DNA of 64,000 nucleotides, taken from the NCBI GenBank assembly GCA_036258195.1, contig DATAED010000076.1:9981-73980 (forward strand), in the 5' to 3' direction. Position numbers and translations under genes: made by a program. This DNA comes from Ktedonobacterales bacterium (GTDB taxonomy: Bacteria > Chloroflexota > Ktedonobacteria > Ktedonobacterales > JADMIN01). Positions 34,575 to 46,000 of the stretch are shown one piece after another. The notes beneath the pieces are model-generated. The model saw only the letters and a program-made list of their open reading frames with translations. It searched no databases and was not told the DNA's origin. Numbering within the stretch: position 1 is the first letter of the stretch; each line of letters starts with the position of its first letter.

Positions 34575-35414
34575 ATGCCCGCGCGCATCGATCACGTCAT
34601 CATTGCCGGGCCTTCGCTGGAAGCCCTCGAAGACGCTTTCACGCGCCTGGGCTTTTCAGTCGTCGGCGGAGGGACACACCCCCACCTTGGCACGCGCAAC
34701 CGCATCATCGTTCTGGGCGAGGGCTACATCGAGTTGCTGGCCATCGCCGATCCCGAGCGTGCCTCGCCCATGCTGCGTCAGCGCGTCGCCGGCGGCGTCG
34801 CCTGGGTAGGCTACGCGCTGCAATCCGACGACATCGAAGCTGAAGCGCAGGCCATGCGAGCGCGCGGCGTGGATGTGCGCGGCCCGACCGCTGGCCGCCT
34901 CGTCGCGCCGGAAGGCTCGGCGCGCAGTTGGCGCGTCGTCACGCTGGGAGGCGATGACCTCTGGGCGGCGGCGCTGCCCCTGCCTTTCCTCATCCAGCAT
35001 GACAGCGTTGGCGACACGCATCGCCGCGAGCTGGCGGGCGCTGACCCCATCGGGCCGCATCCGAATGGCGCACGGCGCCTGCTCGGCGTCATCCTGCGCA
35101 CAGCCGACCCCGCCACGCTGCGCAAGCGATACGAGCGCGTATTCGGGCTGATGCTCGCCACGACGCCGACATCCGCGCGCTTCTCGCTGGCAGGCGGCCA
35201 GGAGTGGATCGCCCTGGAGCGCGCAGAGAGCGCCCCAGGCGAGGCGCCAGCCGCGATGGATGACGCCGCCGCCGAGATGAGCATCCATGTGAAGGCGCCC
35301 GACCTTGCCGCTGTGGAGGCGATGGCCCGCGCCGCTGGATTCGCCTGCGTCGCGAGCACTGATGCGCTGAGGGTCTCACTGCCCGGCGGCGGCCAGATCG
35401 AGTTCAGCGCATAA
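34575..35414 (+). CDS. VOC/glyoxalase-like domain protein
   Basis: IDHVIIAGPSLEALEDAFTRLGFSVVGGGTHPHLGTRNRIIVLGEGYIELLAI matches the Glyoxalase_3-type N-terminal domain. I moved the start to the ATG at 34575, after GGGGGAGGA. Confidence 0.6.
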   Translation: MPARIDHVIIAGPSLEALEDAFTRLGFSVVGGGTHPHLGTRNRIIVLGEGYIELLAIADPERASPMLRQRVAGGVAWVGYALQSDDIEAEAQAMRARGVDVRGPTAGRLVAPEGSARSWRVVTLGGDDLWAAALPLPFLIQHDSVGDTHRRELAGADPIGPHPNGARRLLGVILRTADPATLRKRYERVFGLMLATTPTSARFSLAGGQEWIALERAESAPGEAPAAMDDAAAEMSIHVKAPDLAAVEAMARAAGFACVASTDALRVSLPGGGQIEFSA

Positions 35415-35428
35415 CCCGTGGCCGCGCC

Positions 35429-36505
35429 TCAACTCTTGCGAGCGAAGAGGTACAGCGCGCCGGGGCCACGGAAGAGCGCCAGATGTTCCTCTGGCACGCC
35501 TGCCTCGCGGGCATACTGCTCCAGATCACGCCGCTCGACACTGAAGTCGGTGAAGCCAGCGGCGAAAGCCAGCGCGCCGAACTGCTCTGCGTCGTAGAAG
35601 CTGATGCGGGAAGCGGCTGGTTCTGGCGCCGCTGGTGTGCCGCGCAACTCTGGGTCGCTGCCCAGTGCGATAAATCGCCCGCCCACCGCCAGCGTGCGGC
35701 GAACCTCGCGCAGCGCGGCGACCGGATCAGGTAGATGCCCCAGCACGCCAGTCATCATCGCATGCGTGAAGGTCGCGTCGGCGAACGGCAGCTGCTCGGC
35801 GCTGGCCTGCTGCACACTCAGGCGACCCTCCGCGATGGCGTCGTGGTTCTGCTCGCTGGCCAGCCTCACCATATCCAGGCTATGATCGATCGCTGCGGCG
35901 CGGCAACCGCTCTTCAGCTCCTCGCGCAGTAGCGCGCCGCCCCCACAGCCCACCTCCAGCAGATATGACTCCGGCGTAAGGTCGAGTTCCGCCATGAAGA
36001 CGCGGAAATTGGGCCAGTGATACAGCGGATCGCTGTAGATGGCGCGCGCCAGCGGGCCAGTCGGGCGGCGGGCTGTGCGGTCGATCAGCCAGTCTCCGAA
36101 GGCCACAGGAGCGGTGGCCCGCAGCAGCGGCGCAGCGATCTCGCCCGCGAACCAGCCGACCAACTCACCTGGATCACCGATCAGAGCGCCCCATCCGCGC
36201 TGCTCCAGCGTGACCCGTGCGCCCGCGCCATCTGGCTCGACACGCAGCGCCACCTCGGTCTCCAGTTCCGGCTGCCAGGTCGCCGGCCGCCAGCGCAGCC
36301 GCGCCTGCTTGCCTGGCGTCCACTCCACTACCCGGCCCACCTCGAACTCCCCCTGCGTCAAGCGCCCATTTGCCCCCACCTCGAAGCGCATCCCTACGCG
36401 GTCGAGGGCGAGCGCCAACTCCTCCATCAGCGCCTGAAAGGCCGCCTCTGGAGCGAGCGCGCTCTGCATGCTGACCGAAACCGTCGTCGTGGTAGCGTCT
36501 GGCAT
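35429..36505 (-). CDS. Two-domain protein: N-terminal SRPBCC/AHSA1-like domain plus C-terminal class I SAM methyltransferase
   Basis: The C-terminal half has YLLEVGCGGGAL, AIDHS and FTHAMMTGVLGHL (Methyltransf_11-like). The N-terminal ~130 aa has an alternating beta pattern; its SRPBCC assignment is tentative. Confidence 0.65.
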   Translation of the reverse strand: MPDATTTTVSVSMQSALAPEAAFQALMEELALALDRVGMRFEVGANGRLTQGEFEVGRVVEWTPGKQARLRWRPATWQPELETEVALRVEPDGAGARVTLEQRGWGALIGDPGELVGWFAGEIAAPLLRATAPVAFGDWLIDRTARRPTGPLARAIYSDPLYHWPNFRVFMAELDLTPESYLLEVGCGGGALLREELKSGCRAAAIDHSLDMVRLASEQNHDAIAEGRLSVQQASAEQLPFADATFTHAMMTGVLGHLPDPVAALREVRRTLAVGGRFIALGSDPELRGTPAAPEPAASRISFYDAEQFGALAFAAGFTDFSVERRDLEQYAREAGVPEEHLALFRGPGALYLFARKS

Positions 36506-36692
36506 CCTGAATCACTCACTTTCAGCCAATATCCGCGGGTCGCCATCTCGTCAATGAGCGGCGCACAGGCTCATTCTACCTGTGCAGATGGCGAACGGTA
36601 GACCCGGGACGAACGTTTCGCAGGGCATACGACATGATGAGTCAACAGGCGCAGACTTCTGCCGACAATAGTCGCCGACTATAGGAAAATGC

Positions 36693-36744
36693 AGACAAAA
36701 GGCGACGCCTGCCCTGGCCTCCAATGGGGCAGGAGCAGGCGTCG
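36693..36744 (-). terminator. Rho-independent terminator of clpC
   Basis: On the minus strand, CGACGCCTGC...GCAGGCGTCG forms a 10-bp outer stem (36735-36744 / 36703-36712) with inner pairing. It is followed by CCTTTTGTCTGCATTTTCC and lies 16 nt after the clpC stop. Confidence 0.6.
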
Positions 36745-36759
36745 TAGCGCGCGGATCAG

Positions 36760-39261
36760 CTAGTGCAGCAGCGCAGGGCCGCTCTCATCGCCACCTGTGA
36801 GTCGCTCTGGGTGAGCGGTGGCACTCACTCGCACCATCAGGCTGTCTGGCTCGGCGCCCAGATCGATGACCACCTCGTCGCCCGCGCGCACCTCTTCCTT
36901 CAGCAGCGCCTCAGCCAGCGCATCCTCGATGCGTCCTTGCGCCTCGCGCCGTAGCGAGCGTGCGCCATACTCGGCGTTGAAGCCACGACTGATCATGAGA
37001 TCCTGCGCGCTCTCCGTCACCTGCATGGTGATCCGCTGGGCCGCCAGACGCTCGCGTATCTGGTCGAGCAGCAGCCCCAGGATGCGATGCGCCTCGCGCC
37101 GGGTCAGCGCGTGAAACAGGATGATGTCATCGAGCCGATTCAGGAACTCCGGGCGGAAGGCCCGCTCGATCTCAGGCATCACGATCTTACGCATCGCATC
37201 CTCCTCGGCGCCATCATCGTCCGGGCGCGTCTGGAAGCCGATGCCTGACCGATGCGTCAGCGCCGCTGAGCCGAGATTGGTCGTCAGGATGATGATCGTA
37301 TGCTTGAAATCGACCTTGCGCCCTTTAGCGTCAGAGAGGGAGCCATCCTCCAGAATCTGCAAAAGCATGTCATAGACCTGCGGGTGCGCCTTCTCGATCT
37401 CGTCGAACAGGACGATGCTGTACGGCCGACGTCGCACGGCCTCGGTGAGCTGTCCCGCCTGGTCGTAGCCCACATAGCCTGGAGGCGCCCCCACCAGCCG
37501 CGCCGCCGTATGCCGCTCCATGAACTCCGACATGTCCAGCTTGATCATCGCGTCATCCGAGCCAAAGAGCGCCTCGGCCAGCGCGCGCGCCAACTCTGTC
37601 TTCCCCACGCCCGTCGGCCCGGCGAAGACGAAGGAGCCGATCGGCCTGCGACGGTCGCGCATATCGACACGCCCGCGCCGCACCGCGCGCGCCACCGCAT
37701 GCACGGCCTCATCCTGCCCGAGCACACGCCGCTGCAGCGTCTCATCCAGATTCAGCAGCCGGTCGGAGTCATCGAAGCCCGAGAGCGTCGTCGGGATACC
37801 CGTCCAGCGCGAGACGACCTCGGCGATGTCTTGCGGCGTCAGTGTGGGCTCCTGATTCTCGCGCAACTCTCGCCATTCTGCGTCGATCTGATCCAGGCGC
37901 TCGCGCACCTCGGCCTCGCGGTCGCGCAGATCCGCCGCATCCGAATACTGCCGCGCACGGATGGCGCGCACCTTGGCGTCGTGCAGTCGCTCCAGCTCGT
38001 CGCGTAGTGCATTGGACTCTTTCGGAGCCACCGCACGCGCCACCCGCAGCCGCGCCGCCGCCTCATCCATCAGATCGACCGCCTTGTCGGGCAGCGAGCG
38101 ATCCTGAATGTAGCGCTCAGAGAGCTTCGCCGACGCCGCAATCGCCTCGTCCGAGACGCGCACATGATGGAAATGCTCGTAGCGCGACCGCAGCCCGGAC
38201 AGAATCTCGATCGTCTCAGGGATGGTAGACTCTGGCACCGTGATGGGCTGGAAGCGCCTCTCAAGCGCGGGATCGCGATCCATGATGCGCTTGAAGTCGT
38301 CCTGCGTGGCGGCGCCGATGACCTGAATCTCGCCGCGCGCCAGAATCGGCTTGAAGAGATTCGCACCGTCGATAGAGCCTTCCGCGCCGCCCACACCCAG
38401 CAGTCCCTGCAGCTCGTCGATGAACAGGATGACGTTCTGCGCCTTCAGCAGCTCGTCCACGACCGCTTTCAGCCGCTCCTCGAAGTCGCCGCGATACTTG
38501 GTGCCAATCGTTAGCAGGCCCACATCCAGCAGCACGATGCGCTTGTCGCGCAGCTTTTCTGGCGCCTCGCCCGCCGCGACGCGCTGCGCCAGCCCTTCGG
38601 CGATGGCGGTCTTGCCGACGCCAGCCGCGCCCACCAGCACCGGATTATTCTTGCGGCGGCGCGTCAGCGTCTGCATCACCTGAGTCAGCTCATTTTCGCG
38701 CCCGATCATCGGGTCGAGTTCGCCAGCGATTGCGGCTGACGTCAGGTCGCGGCTGACGATGTTGAGGGTGGGGGTCAAGCGGTAGCGCGCCGCATGCGCC
38801 AGCGCGAAGCCGCTGTCTGCCAGGCTCGACCGCAGCAGTTTGACCTGCGAGCGAACGCCATCGTAAGTGACGCCAAAGCTCTCCAGCACACCAGCAGCGA
38901 TGCCATCGGTGTTGCGCAGCAGACCCAGCAGCAGGTGAATTGACGTCACTTCCGGGGCATTCTCGCCACTGGCCTCCGCCTCCGCATCAGCGAGCGCCTG
39001 CTTTGCCTCCGGACGCAGTGTCGGCTCCGGAACAGCGCCCGAGACGCCATGCCCCATGATGAAATCAAGCGCCTGCCGCAATCGCTGGACGTTGGCGCCC
39101 AGATGATGCATCACCTCCAGCGTCAGCGTGTCGTTGCAATCCACAATGCCGCACAGGATATGCTCGCCCCCGATTGCGCGGTGCTGCAGACGAATCGCGA
39201 CGGCGCGCGCCAATGCCAATGAACGACGAGCGTCCACACTGTATTGATCGAATCGGCTCAC
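36760..39261 (-). CDS. clpC: ATP-dependent Clp protease ATP-binding subunit ClpC (class I AAA+)
   Basis: Clp_N repeats are followed by the D1 Walker A VLVGAAGVGKTAIAEG, a UVR-like linker, the D2 Walker A FAGPTGVGKTELARAL and a C-terminal D2-small domain. The GTG start at 39261 lies 5 nt after AGGAGG. Confidence 0.9.
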   Translation of the reverse strand: MSRFDQYSVDARRSLALARAVAIRLQHRAIGGEHILCGIVDCNDTLTLEVMHHLGANVQRLRQALDFIMGHGVSGAVPEPTLRPEAKQALADAEAEASGENAPEVTSIHLLLGLLRNTDGIAAGVLESFGVTYDGVRSQVKLLRSSLADSGFALAHAARYRLTPTLNIVSRDLTSAAIAGELDPMIGRENELTQVMQTLTRRRKNNPVLVGAAGVGKTAIAEGLAQRVAAGEAPEKLRDKRIVLLDVGLLTIGTKYRGDFEERLKAVVDELLKAQNVILFIDELQGLLGVGGAEGSIDGANLFKPILARGEIQVIGAATQDDFKRIMDRDPALERRFQPITVPESTIPETIEILSGLRSRYEHFHHVRVSDEAIAASAKLSERYIQDRSLPDKAVDLMDEAAARLRVARAVAPKESNALRDELERLHDAKVRAIRARQYSDAADLRDREAEVRERLDQIDAEWRELRENQEPTLTPQDIAEVVSRWTGIPTTLSGFDDSDRLLNLDETLQRRVLGQDEAVHAVARAVRRGRVDMRDRRRPIGSFVFAGPTGVGKTELARALAEALFGSDDAMIKLDMSEFMERHTAARLVGAPPGYVGYDQAGQLTEAVRRRPYSIVLFDEIEKAHPQVYDMLLQILEDGSLSDAKGRKVDFKHTIIILTTNLGSAALTHRSGIGFQTRPDDDGAEEDAMRKIVMPEIERAFRPEFLNRLDDIILFHALTRREAHRILGLLLDQIRERLAAQRITMQVTESAQDLMISRGFNAEYGARSLRREAQGRIEDALAEALLKEEVRAGDEVVIDLGAEPDSLMVRVSATAHPERLTGGDESGPALLH

Positions 39262-39384
39262 GACGTCCTCCTGTCTGCCTGCCGCACGAAGTGAACGCAG
39301 GCGTCAACCTTTCGGCCTCGACAAAAGGGCATAATGCAAGGCATGTGCCAAAGCGCCCCGCCAGAGACGCGCAGGACACGTAGC

Positions 39385-40896
39385 TCAGAGCGCCGCAATG
39401 GCCTCGCTCAAGGCATCGCGCACGCGCTGTGATCGCAGCGTATCCCACACCTCGTCCACGCCCGCGATGAGATCATCCCGCTCGGCCTGCATATCCAGCC
39501 CCAGCGCCGCGAGGCCATCGTTGGCAGGTTGCGCCTGGCTCATCTCAGTCACGAGCCGCAGGGCCACCGTCAGATCCTGCACATCGCCCAGATGCGACTG
39601 CGCCGCCGTCAGCGCCTTGCGCACGGGCTTGGCGCCGTCGCCCAGCGCTACCGCAAAAATCTCCAGCGCGTAGCGCAATCGCTTGCAGGTGATGCGTAAC
39701 TGATGCAGGGTTGGCGGCTCAGCGTCGGCGATGATCGTCTCGTAGCGCAACACACGCTCGTAGCGCGGCCACAGCGCGCTGCCGACATAATGGCGGGTCA
39801 GCACGCAGCCGCCATCCTTCGAAGGCTGCGCAGGCGCTGCGACAAAGCGCTCCAGTTCGGCAAGCAACTTCGCATGCTTGCGCTTGTTCAGCCGCGCCAC
39901 CAGCCGCTCGTAGCCCGCCAGCCGCTGCGAGGCCAGCAGATCGCGCAGCTCTGCCACATCACGCTCCCGCTGCGCGTCGGCGCCGACCCAATCCCGCACG
40001 CGCTCCAGAAAGATATCCAGATCGCGGATGACGCCCAGCACATCGGCCACAGCGCCGAGCCGCTTGCGCAGCGCATACAGCGTCTTGTCGTCATAGAGGC
40101 CCGCGCCCTCGACCGCCTGGAGCGTGGAGCGTATGCGTCGCGTGGCTACCCGCATGTCGTGGATGGCGTCCGGATCGCCGCTCTCCAGCGCGAACTGCTG
40201 GGCGCGTCGCAGATCGCGCAGCCGCCGCCGGATGGTGTGCCGCGCCAGCGCATCGAGTGGCGTGTAGCCGTCCAGCGTCCAGCGGGCGTGACGCAGCAGA
40301 GCCAGGCCACGCGACAGCTTGGTGCGGGACTCCGGCGCGAGGGGCAGCGCCTCCATCAGCGCCAGGCGTAGCAGGTCGAGATCGGCGCGGGCGCCAGCGC
40401 CCTTCAATTCCAGCTCCAGCTCATACAGCGGCTCGTGCCGCGCGGCGGCGATGACCTCGCCCATGTCCACCGCCAGCTCACCCACCACACGCCCACTGCG
40501 TCGCACTGCCCACAGGCGCCGCTCCACCTCCACCCGCAGCAGCGGCTCCAGTGGCTCGCCCTGCGCCAGCGCCGCCACTGGCTCGCCGATCTCGCGTGGC
40601 CAGTCGCGCGGATCGAGGCTCAGCGGCCCCTCCATCTCGACCTCAATCTCTTCGCGCTCATGCACGTCGCCAGCGCCTGAATCCGGCCCCTTGAGCGTCA
40701 GGATGCGCCGCTCGCCGATGGCGCGGAGGCGCACAGAGTGGCGCGCCCCGGTGATGGCGCGCGAGGGGGTATCGAGCAGTGTATCGCTGTGCCGCTCGAC
40801 GCCCGCTTCGCGCAGGGAATAGGGAGCGAGCGCCAACTTCATCAGGCGGGCCGGGTTCATCGCGCCCGTGATGGCAAACTTCGCCTCGACCTCCAC
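39385..40896 (-). CDS. CYTH (triphosphate tunnel metalloenzyme) + CHAD domain protein
   Basis: The N-terminus MEVEAKFAI carries the ExExK CYTH signature. The C-terminal helical region has HDMRVATRRIRS and LHQLRITCKRLRYALE, typical of CHAD. The GTG start lies after AAGGAGGG. Confidence 0.75.
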   Translation of the reverse strand: MEVEAKFAITGAMNPARLMKLALAPYSLREAGVERHSDTLLDTPSRAITGARHSVRLRAIGERRILTLKGPDSGAGDVHEREEIEVEMEGPLSLDPRDWPREIGEPVAALAQGEPLEPLLRVEVERRLWAVRRSGRVVGELAVDMGEVIAAARHEPLYELELELKGAGARADLDLLRLALMEALPLAPESRTKLSRGLALLRHARWTLDGYTPLDALARHTIRRRLRDLRRAQQFALESGDPDAIHDMRVATRRIRSTLQAVEGAGLYDDKTLYALRKRLGAVADVLGVIRDLDIFLERVRDWVGADAQRERDVAELRDLLASQRLAGYERLVARLNKRKHAKLLAELERFVAAPAQPSKDGGCVLTRHYVGSALWPRYERVLRYETIIADAEPPTLHQLRITCKRLRYALEIFAVALGDGAKPVRKALTAAQSHLGDVQDLTVALRLVTEMSQAQPANDGLAALGLDMQAERDDLIAGVDEVWDTLRSQRVRDALSEAIAAL

Positions 40897-40932
40897 GCCG
40901 ACCCTCCTTTGCGGCGCGCATGACGCTGCAAG

Positions 40933-42027
40933 CTAGCCGCCGATCATCGACATCGAGCGGGAGGTGCGGCGGAAGCGCTTGTCGCCGATGTAGTGCTTGA
41001 GTTCCTTGTGCCAGACCGCCTGGCGCAGAGCCAGCTCGATCTCCTCGTCGCTGGCGTCCGAGCGCAGCAGTCCACGGAAATCGGTCTCCACCTGCGCGAA
41101 GAGGCAGGTGCGCAGTTGACCCTCCGCCGTCAGCCGGATGCGGTCGCACTGCCCGCAGAAGGGCTCGCTGACCGGATTGATGAAGCCGACCTCGCCCACG
41201 CCATCGGCGAAGGTGTAGCGTCGCGCCGTCTCCGATTTGTCGGCGCTCTGCACGGGAACCAGCGGGCCAAACTCCGACTCGATGATGGCGCGAATCTCGC
41301 CGCCGGTCAGGATGTCCTCTTTGCGCCAGATCTGGTCAGCGTCCAGCGGCATGAACTCGATCCAGCGCACCACATAGCCCGTGCGGCGGGCGAAGTGGGC
41401 GAAGTCGAGCACCTCCGCCTCGGTGAATCCGCGCATCGCCACGGCGTTGATCTTGATCGGGCGAATCGTCGGGCAGTCTTCCAGCGCGCGCAGACCAGCC
41501 AGCACCTGCTCCAGCGCGTCGCGGCGCGTCAACTGCGCGAATCGCTCGCGCTCCAGCGAATCGAGGCTGACATTGATGCGCGTCAGCCCGGCCTCGGCCA
41601 GCGGCCGCGCCAGCTTGGGCAGCGCGACGCCGTTGGTCGTGAGGCTGAGGCTGGTCAGGCCAGGGATCGCACTGAGCATGCGCACCAGCGTAGGCACATC
41701 GCGCCGCACCAGCGGCTCACCGCCCGTCAGCCGCACCTGCTCGATGCCGATGGACGCGGCGATGCGCGTCAGCCGCGCCATCTCCTCGAAGGTCAGGATG
41801 TCGGCGCGCGGCAGCCAGGCCAGCCCCTCGGCGGGCATGCAATAGACGCAGCGGAAATTGCACTTATCCGTCACCGAGATGCGCATATTGCGGATGCGCC
41901 GCCCGTAGCTATCGACGAGCGGCCCCTCCAGCGCCTCCGGTGGTGGCGTCTCGTGATGGTCGCGCCCGGCGGAAAGATCGCGCAGCGCGCGGCGGATCAC
42001 CTTGCGATTGCCGTCTGTGTCTGTCAT
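40933..42027 (-). CDS. moaA: GTP 3',8-cyclase (molybdenum cofactor biosynthesis protein A)
   Basis: The radical-SAM cluster is TDKCNFRCVYCMP, the GG motif is LTGGEPL, and the C-terminal cluster is CGQCDRIRLTAEGQLRTCLF. Confidence 0.9.
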   Translation of the reverse strand: MTDTDGNRKVIRRALRDLSAGRDHHETPPPEALEGPLVDSYGRRIRNMRISVTDKCNFRCVYCMPAEGLAWLPRADILTFEEMARLTRIAASIGIEQVRLTGGEPLVRRDVPTLVRMLSAIPGLTSLSLTTNGVALPKLARPLAEAGLTRINVSLDSLERERFAQLTRRDALEQVLAGLRALEDCPTIRPIKINAVAMRGFTEAEVLDFAHFARRTGYVVRWIEFMPLDADQIWRKEDILTGGEIRAIIESEFGPLVPVQSADKSETARRYTFADGVGEVGFINPVSEPFCGQCDRIRLTAEGQLRTCLFAQVETDFRGLLRSDASDEEIELALRQAVWHKELKHYIGDKRFRRTSRSMSMIGG

Positions 42028-42129
42028 GCCAACATCGCCTCACTGCGTCTCGCTGCCACACGCCCACGGGCATGAATGCCCCAACCGCGCCGTGCGCCGG
42101 CTATTCATGGCCGCGACACCTCACGCACA

Positions 42130-42849
42130 TTATCCGATGGTCTGCCCCGGCTTGATGTCCACCACCTCAACGGCGCTCAGCCCAAACTCGTCCAGCGCCT
42201 TCTTCAGCGCATCTGGCGAGCCAGTCAGCGCCGGGAAGGTCGCGTAGTGAACCGGCATGATGGCCGGAACCTTCAGCAACTTCATCGCGTAGGCCGCCTC
42301 GCGTGGCCCCATGGTGAAGAAATCGCCGATAGGCAGGATGGCAAGATCGGGCTGGTACAAATCGCCGATGATCGCCATGTCGCTGAAGACATTGGTATCG
42401 CCAGCGGCGTAGATCTTAAAGCCATTCTCACAGGTGATGACGTAACCGACGGCCTCGCCGCCATAGACGGTTGTGTCGCCGTCGGAGATGCCGCAGGTAT
42501 GGTCAGCATGCGTCATCGTCACCTTGACGCCGCCCAGATCGAACGTGCCGCCTTTATTGAATCCCACGAGGTTGCCCACGCCTTTGCTCTCCAGCCAGCC
42601 AGCCGTTTCGGGGACGGCGAGCACATGCTGGGGCTGCGCGCTGGCGGCGGTGCTGACGGCGTCGCCGATGTGATCGAAGTGGCCATGCGTGATGAGGATA
42701 TCGTCGAGCTTGCCGACTGTCTTCAAGTTCTCTGGGCAGGCGGGGTTCCCCTGAATCCACGGATCGAGCATGATGCGCCTGCCGCCCGGCGTGCGCACCA
42801 CATACGTCGCATGCCCGAACCACGTAATCTGCGCGCCCTTCAGATCCAT
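42130..42849 (-). CDS. Metallo-beta-lactamase-fold hydrolase (UPF0173/YtkL-like)
   Basis: ITWFGHATYVV, LITHGHFDHIGD and MTHADH are present. I moved the start to the ATG at 42849, after AAGGAGA. Confidence 0.75.
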   Translation of the reverse strand: MDLKGAQITWFGHATYVVRTPGGRRIMLDPWIQGNPACPENLKTVGKLDDILITHGHFDHIGDAVSTAASAQPQHVLAVPETAGWLESKGVGNLVGFNKGGTFDLGGVKVTMTHADHTCGISDGDTTVYGGEAVGYVITCENGFKIYAAGDTNVFSDMAIIGDLYQPDLAILPIGDFFTMGPREAAYAMKLLKVPAIMPVHYATFPALTGSPDALKKALDEFGLSAVEVVDIKPGQTIG

Positions 42850-42980
42850 CGTGAGCGTCTCCTTTGACCTGTGCTGGCGACATCGAGCGCCGAGCGCCAG
42901 CGACCTGCGCACACGGATTGCCATAGCTACAAAAACTGTACCACGCGCCACCGCCAGGCGCCCAGAGCAACGAGGCGGCT

Positions 42981-43022
42981 GGCCCCCATCCCCAGCCCCT
43001 CCCCCGCTTTGCGGGAGAGGGG
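42981..43022 (-). terminator. Family-A repeat (reverse orientation) as a likely metH terminator hairpin
   Basis: The minus strand reads CCCCTCTCCCGC-AAA-GCGGGGGAGGGG-CTGGGGATGGGGGCC, a 12-bp stem with one mismatch. It starts 18 nt after the metH stop. Confidence 0.55.
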
Positions 43023-43039
43023 ATCCAGACGGGCGCCGC

Positions 43040-46000
43040 CTACTCGCGGACAGCGAAGTAGACGGCAGCGGGGTTGGGGACGATGATGGCCGCGGTCGAC
43101 TGCTCGGGATTCAGTTGATACGACTCTGTAAGCGTCACGCCGATGGCCTCTGGCGCCCCCAACAGGCGGAAGACGCGCTCGTGGTCGGCCAGCTCCGGGA
43201 TGGCGGCGTAGCCCCAGCTATAGCGCCGCGCTGCGCCCTCTGGCAGAGCCAGCTCGCTGCGGATGCGCTCGTTGGCGTAGTCGGCCATCGCCTCGGCCAT
43301 CTGCACGCTCAGCCCATGCAGGAAATAGGCCTCGGTATAGTCGCCTGCCGCCTGCATGCGCGCGGTCTCCACCGTGGCGTGTCCGCCCATCGTCACCACC
43401 TGCAGTGGCACGACCGCCGCGCGCTCGCCATCTGTCGCGTAATAGTCGGTCAGGCACAGCCGCTCGCCCTCGCCCTGGCGCGGGAACGTGAAGCGCTCGA
43501 TCACCTCTGACCGCTGCTCCTGATCGAGAATCAGCAGGTCGTCGCCCTCCACACGCGCCGGGAAGTAGCCATACACCGCGCGCGGGCGCAGCCAGCCGCG
43601 CTGCCGCGCCTGCCGCAGCATGCGCTCCAGCCGTGGCTCGAACTCCTCGCGCACCAGCCGCTCATACTCCGCGCCATGCGCCACGCCGCCCCAACGGCCA
43701 CGGAAGAGCGCGTTGCGGTCGAGGTAGGCCGCCACATCCTCCACCGCCACGCGATCCAGCACGCGGGCGCCCCAGAAGGGCGGCTGCACGTCGGGCGCAG
43801 CGGGAATCTGCGGGCGCTCGGCGATGCGTGGTCCACGCTCCTGCGCCTTGCGCTCGCGCTCGGCCTGCCGCTCGCGCGCCGCCAGCGCCTCCGCATTGAC
43901 CTTCTCCACCAGCGTGTCGCGCTTCTGGTCGTCGGTGAGCTGATCCATCAGATCCAGCCCCTCGAAGGCGTCGCGGGCATAGAAGACGCCCGGCGCGTAG
44001 CTCTCGGTGGCCGTCTCGTCGCCGCCGAACAGCACGCGATAGCCATACGCGCGGTTGATAGCCGCCCCGCCGATGATGACGGGAATCTTCAGCCCGCGCC
44101 GCTCCAGCTCCTGCACACAGAGCGGCATCTGCTTGGAGGTGCTCACCAGCAGCGCTGAGAGGCCAATCGCATCGGCTTTGACCTCGATGGCCTTCTCGAT
44201 GATCGTATTTATCGGCGTCTGCTTGCCGAGGTCATAGACCGTATAGCCGTTGTTGGAGAGGATGGTATTGACGAGATTCTTGCCGATGTCATGCACATCG
44301 CCAAAGACAGTCGCCAGCACCACGCGCCCCTTGGTGTAGCCCTCGGCGCGCTCCAGATAGCGCTCCAGATGCGCCACCGCGCGCTTCATCACCTCCGCCG
44401 ACTGCAAGACGAACGGCAGAATCAGCTCGCCTGCGCCGAAGCGGTCGCCGACATCCTTCATCGCGGGCAGCAGGGTGTTGTTCAGCGTGTCCACCGCCGC
44501 GTGCGAGAAGGCACTGTTCGTCTCCCAGCCCTCTGCGGATTCACCCGGAGCGGGCGCGCCCTCTGGCCGCGCCGTGGGCGAGGCGTCCTCCGCCGATTGG
44601 CCCGCCACGCGATAGGCGACGGCGGCGTCGATCAGCGCCTCGACGCCCTCTTTCTTGCGGTGCAGAATCTGATAGTGCAGTCGCTGATCGACTGTCATTC
44701 CCTCGGTCGGGTCGGCGACCTCTTCCTTCTCGGTGGGGGTGCCGTGCTGCTCGTAATAGGCGATGAAGCGCGGCAGCGCGTCCTCCGAGCGGTTCAGCAG
44801 CAGGTCATCACAGATGGCCCGCTCTTCCTCCGGAATCTCGGCATAGGGCGTGATATCCGCCGGGTTGACGATGGCGGCGTCCAGCCCGGCCCGCACCGCG
44901 TGGTGGAGGAAGACGCTGTTGAGCGCGGCGCGCGCGTGCGGCGCCACGCCGAACGAGACGTTGCTGACCCCCAGAATCGTCAGCACGCCTGGCAACTCCG
45001 CCTTGACCCGCCGGATGGCCTCCAGCGTCTGCACAGCGCTGTCGCGCAGGTCTTCCTGCCCCGTCGTGACGGGGAAGGTCAGCGTGTCGAAGAGCAGCGC
45101 CTGTGGTGGCAGCTCGAACTCGCCCGTCGCGATATCGTGGATGCGGCGCGCGACGGCGACCTTGCGATCCGCCGTCTTGGCCATGCCCTCCTCGTCGATG
45201 GTCAGCGCCACCACCGCTGCGCCGTGCTCGCGCGCCAGCGGCAGCACGGCGTCCACACGCTGCCGACCGTTCTCCAGGTTGACGCTGTTGATGACTGCGC
45301 GCCCCGGATACGTCTCCAGCGCGGCCTTGATGACGTTGGCCTCGGTGGAGTCCAGAATCAGCGGCGCCTCGACGCCCATCTCCAGCTTCTTGACCGCCTG
45401 GCGCATCTGCTGCAGCTCGTCTCCGCGCTCGGTCAGCGCCACACAGACATCCAGCGTGTGCGCGCCACCATCCATCTGCGCGCGCGCCACCTGCGTCAGT
45501 GTGTCGTAGTCGTCAGCTAGCAGCGCTCGCTTGATCTTGCGGCTGCCCTGCGAGTTGACGCGCTCGCCGATCAGCATTGGCGCGGGATCCTGCTGCAGCG
45601 AGACCGCGCGCACAGCCGAGGCCACCAGCAGCGCCGTGCGGTTGCGCGTCTCATCGGTGAACTGCGCCAGCCGCTCGGGCGCCGTGCGCTGCCTGGCCTC
45701 AGGTAGAGCGGCGATGCGCGCGGCGAGCTGGCGAATATGCTCTGGCGTCGTGCCGCAGCAACCGCCGACGATGTTCACGCCCAGCTCCCCGACGAAGGTG
45801 GCGAGCTGCTCGGCCATCGGCTCCGGCTCCATCGGATAGATGGCACGGCCATTCTGGTTGAGCGGCAGGCCCGCGTTCGGGATGGCGCTGATCGGCACAT
45901 CCAGATTCTCGGTCAGCCAGCGCATCGGCTCGCGCATGTGCTCTGGCCCAGTCGAGCAGTTCAGGCCGATCACATCGACGTTCAGCCGCCGCACGATGGT

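Noticed and set aside
42028-42129. Moco riboswitch upstream of moaA
   Set aside because: The leader is only about 100 nt and lacks the conserved CCGAG / CCUGG...AAGG blocks as I remember them. Only the inverted repeat containing the shared 11-mer is notable.
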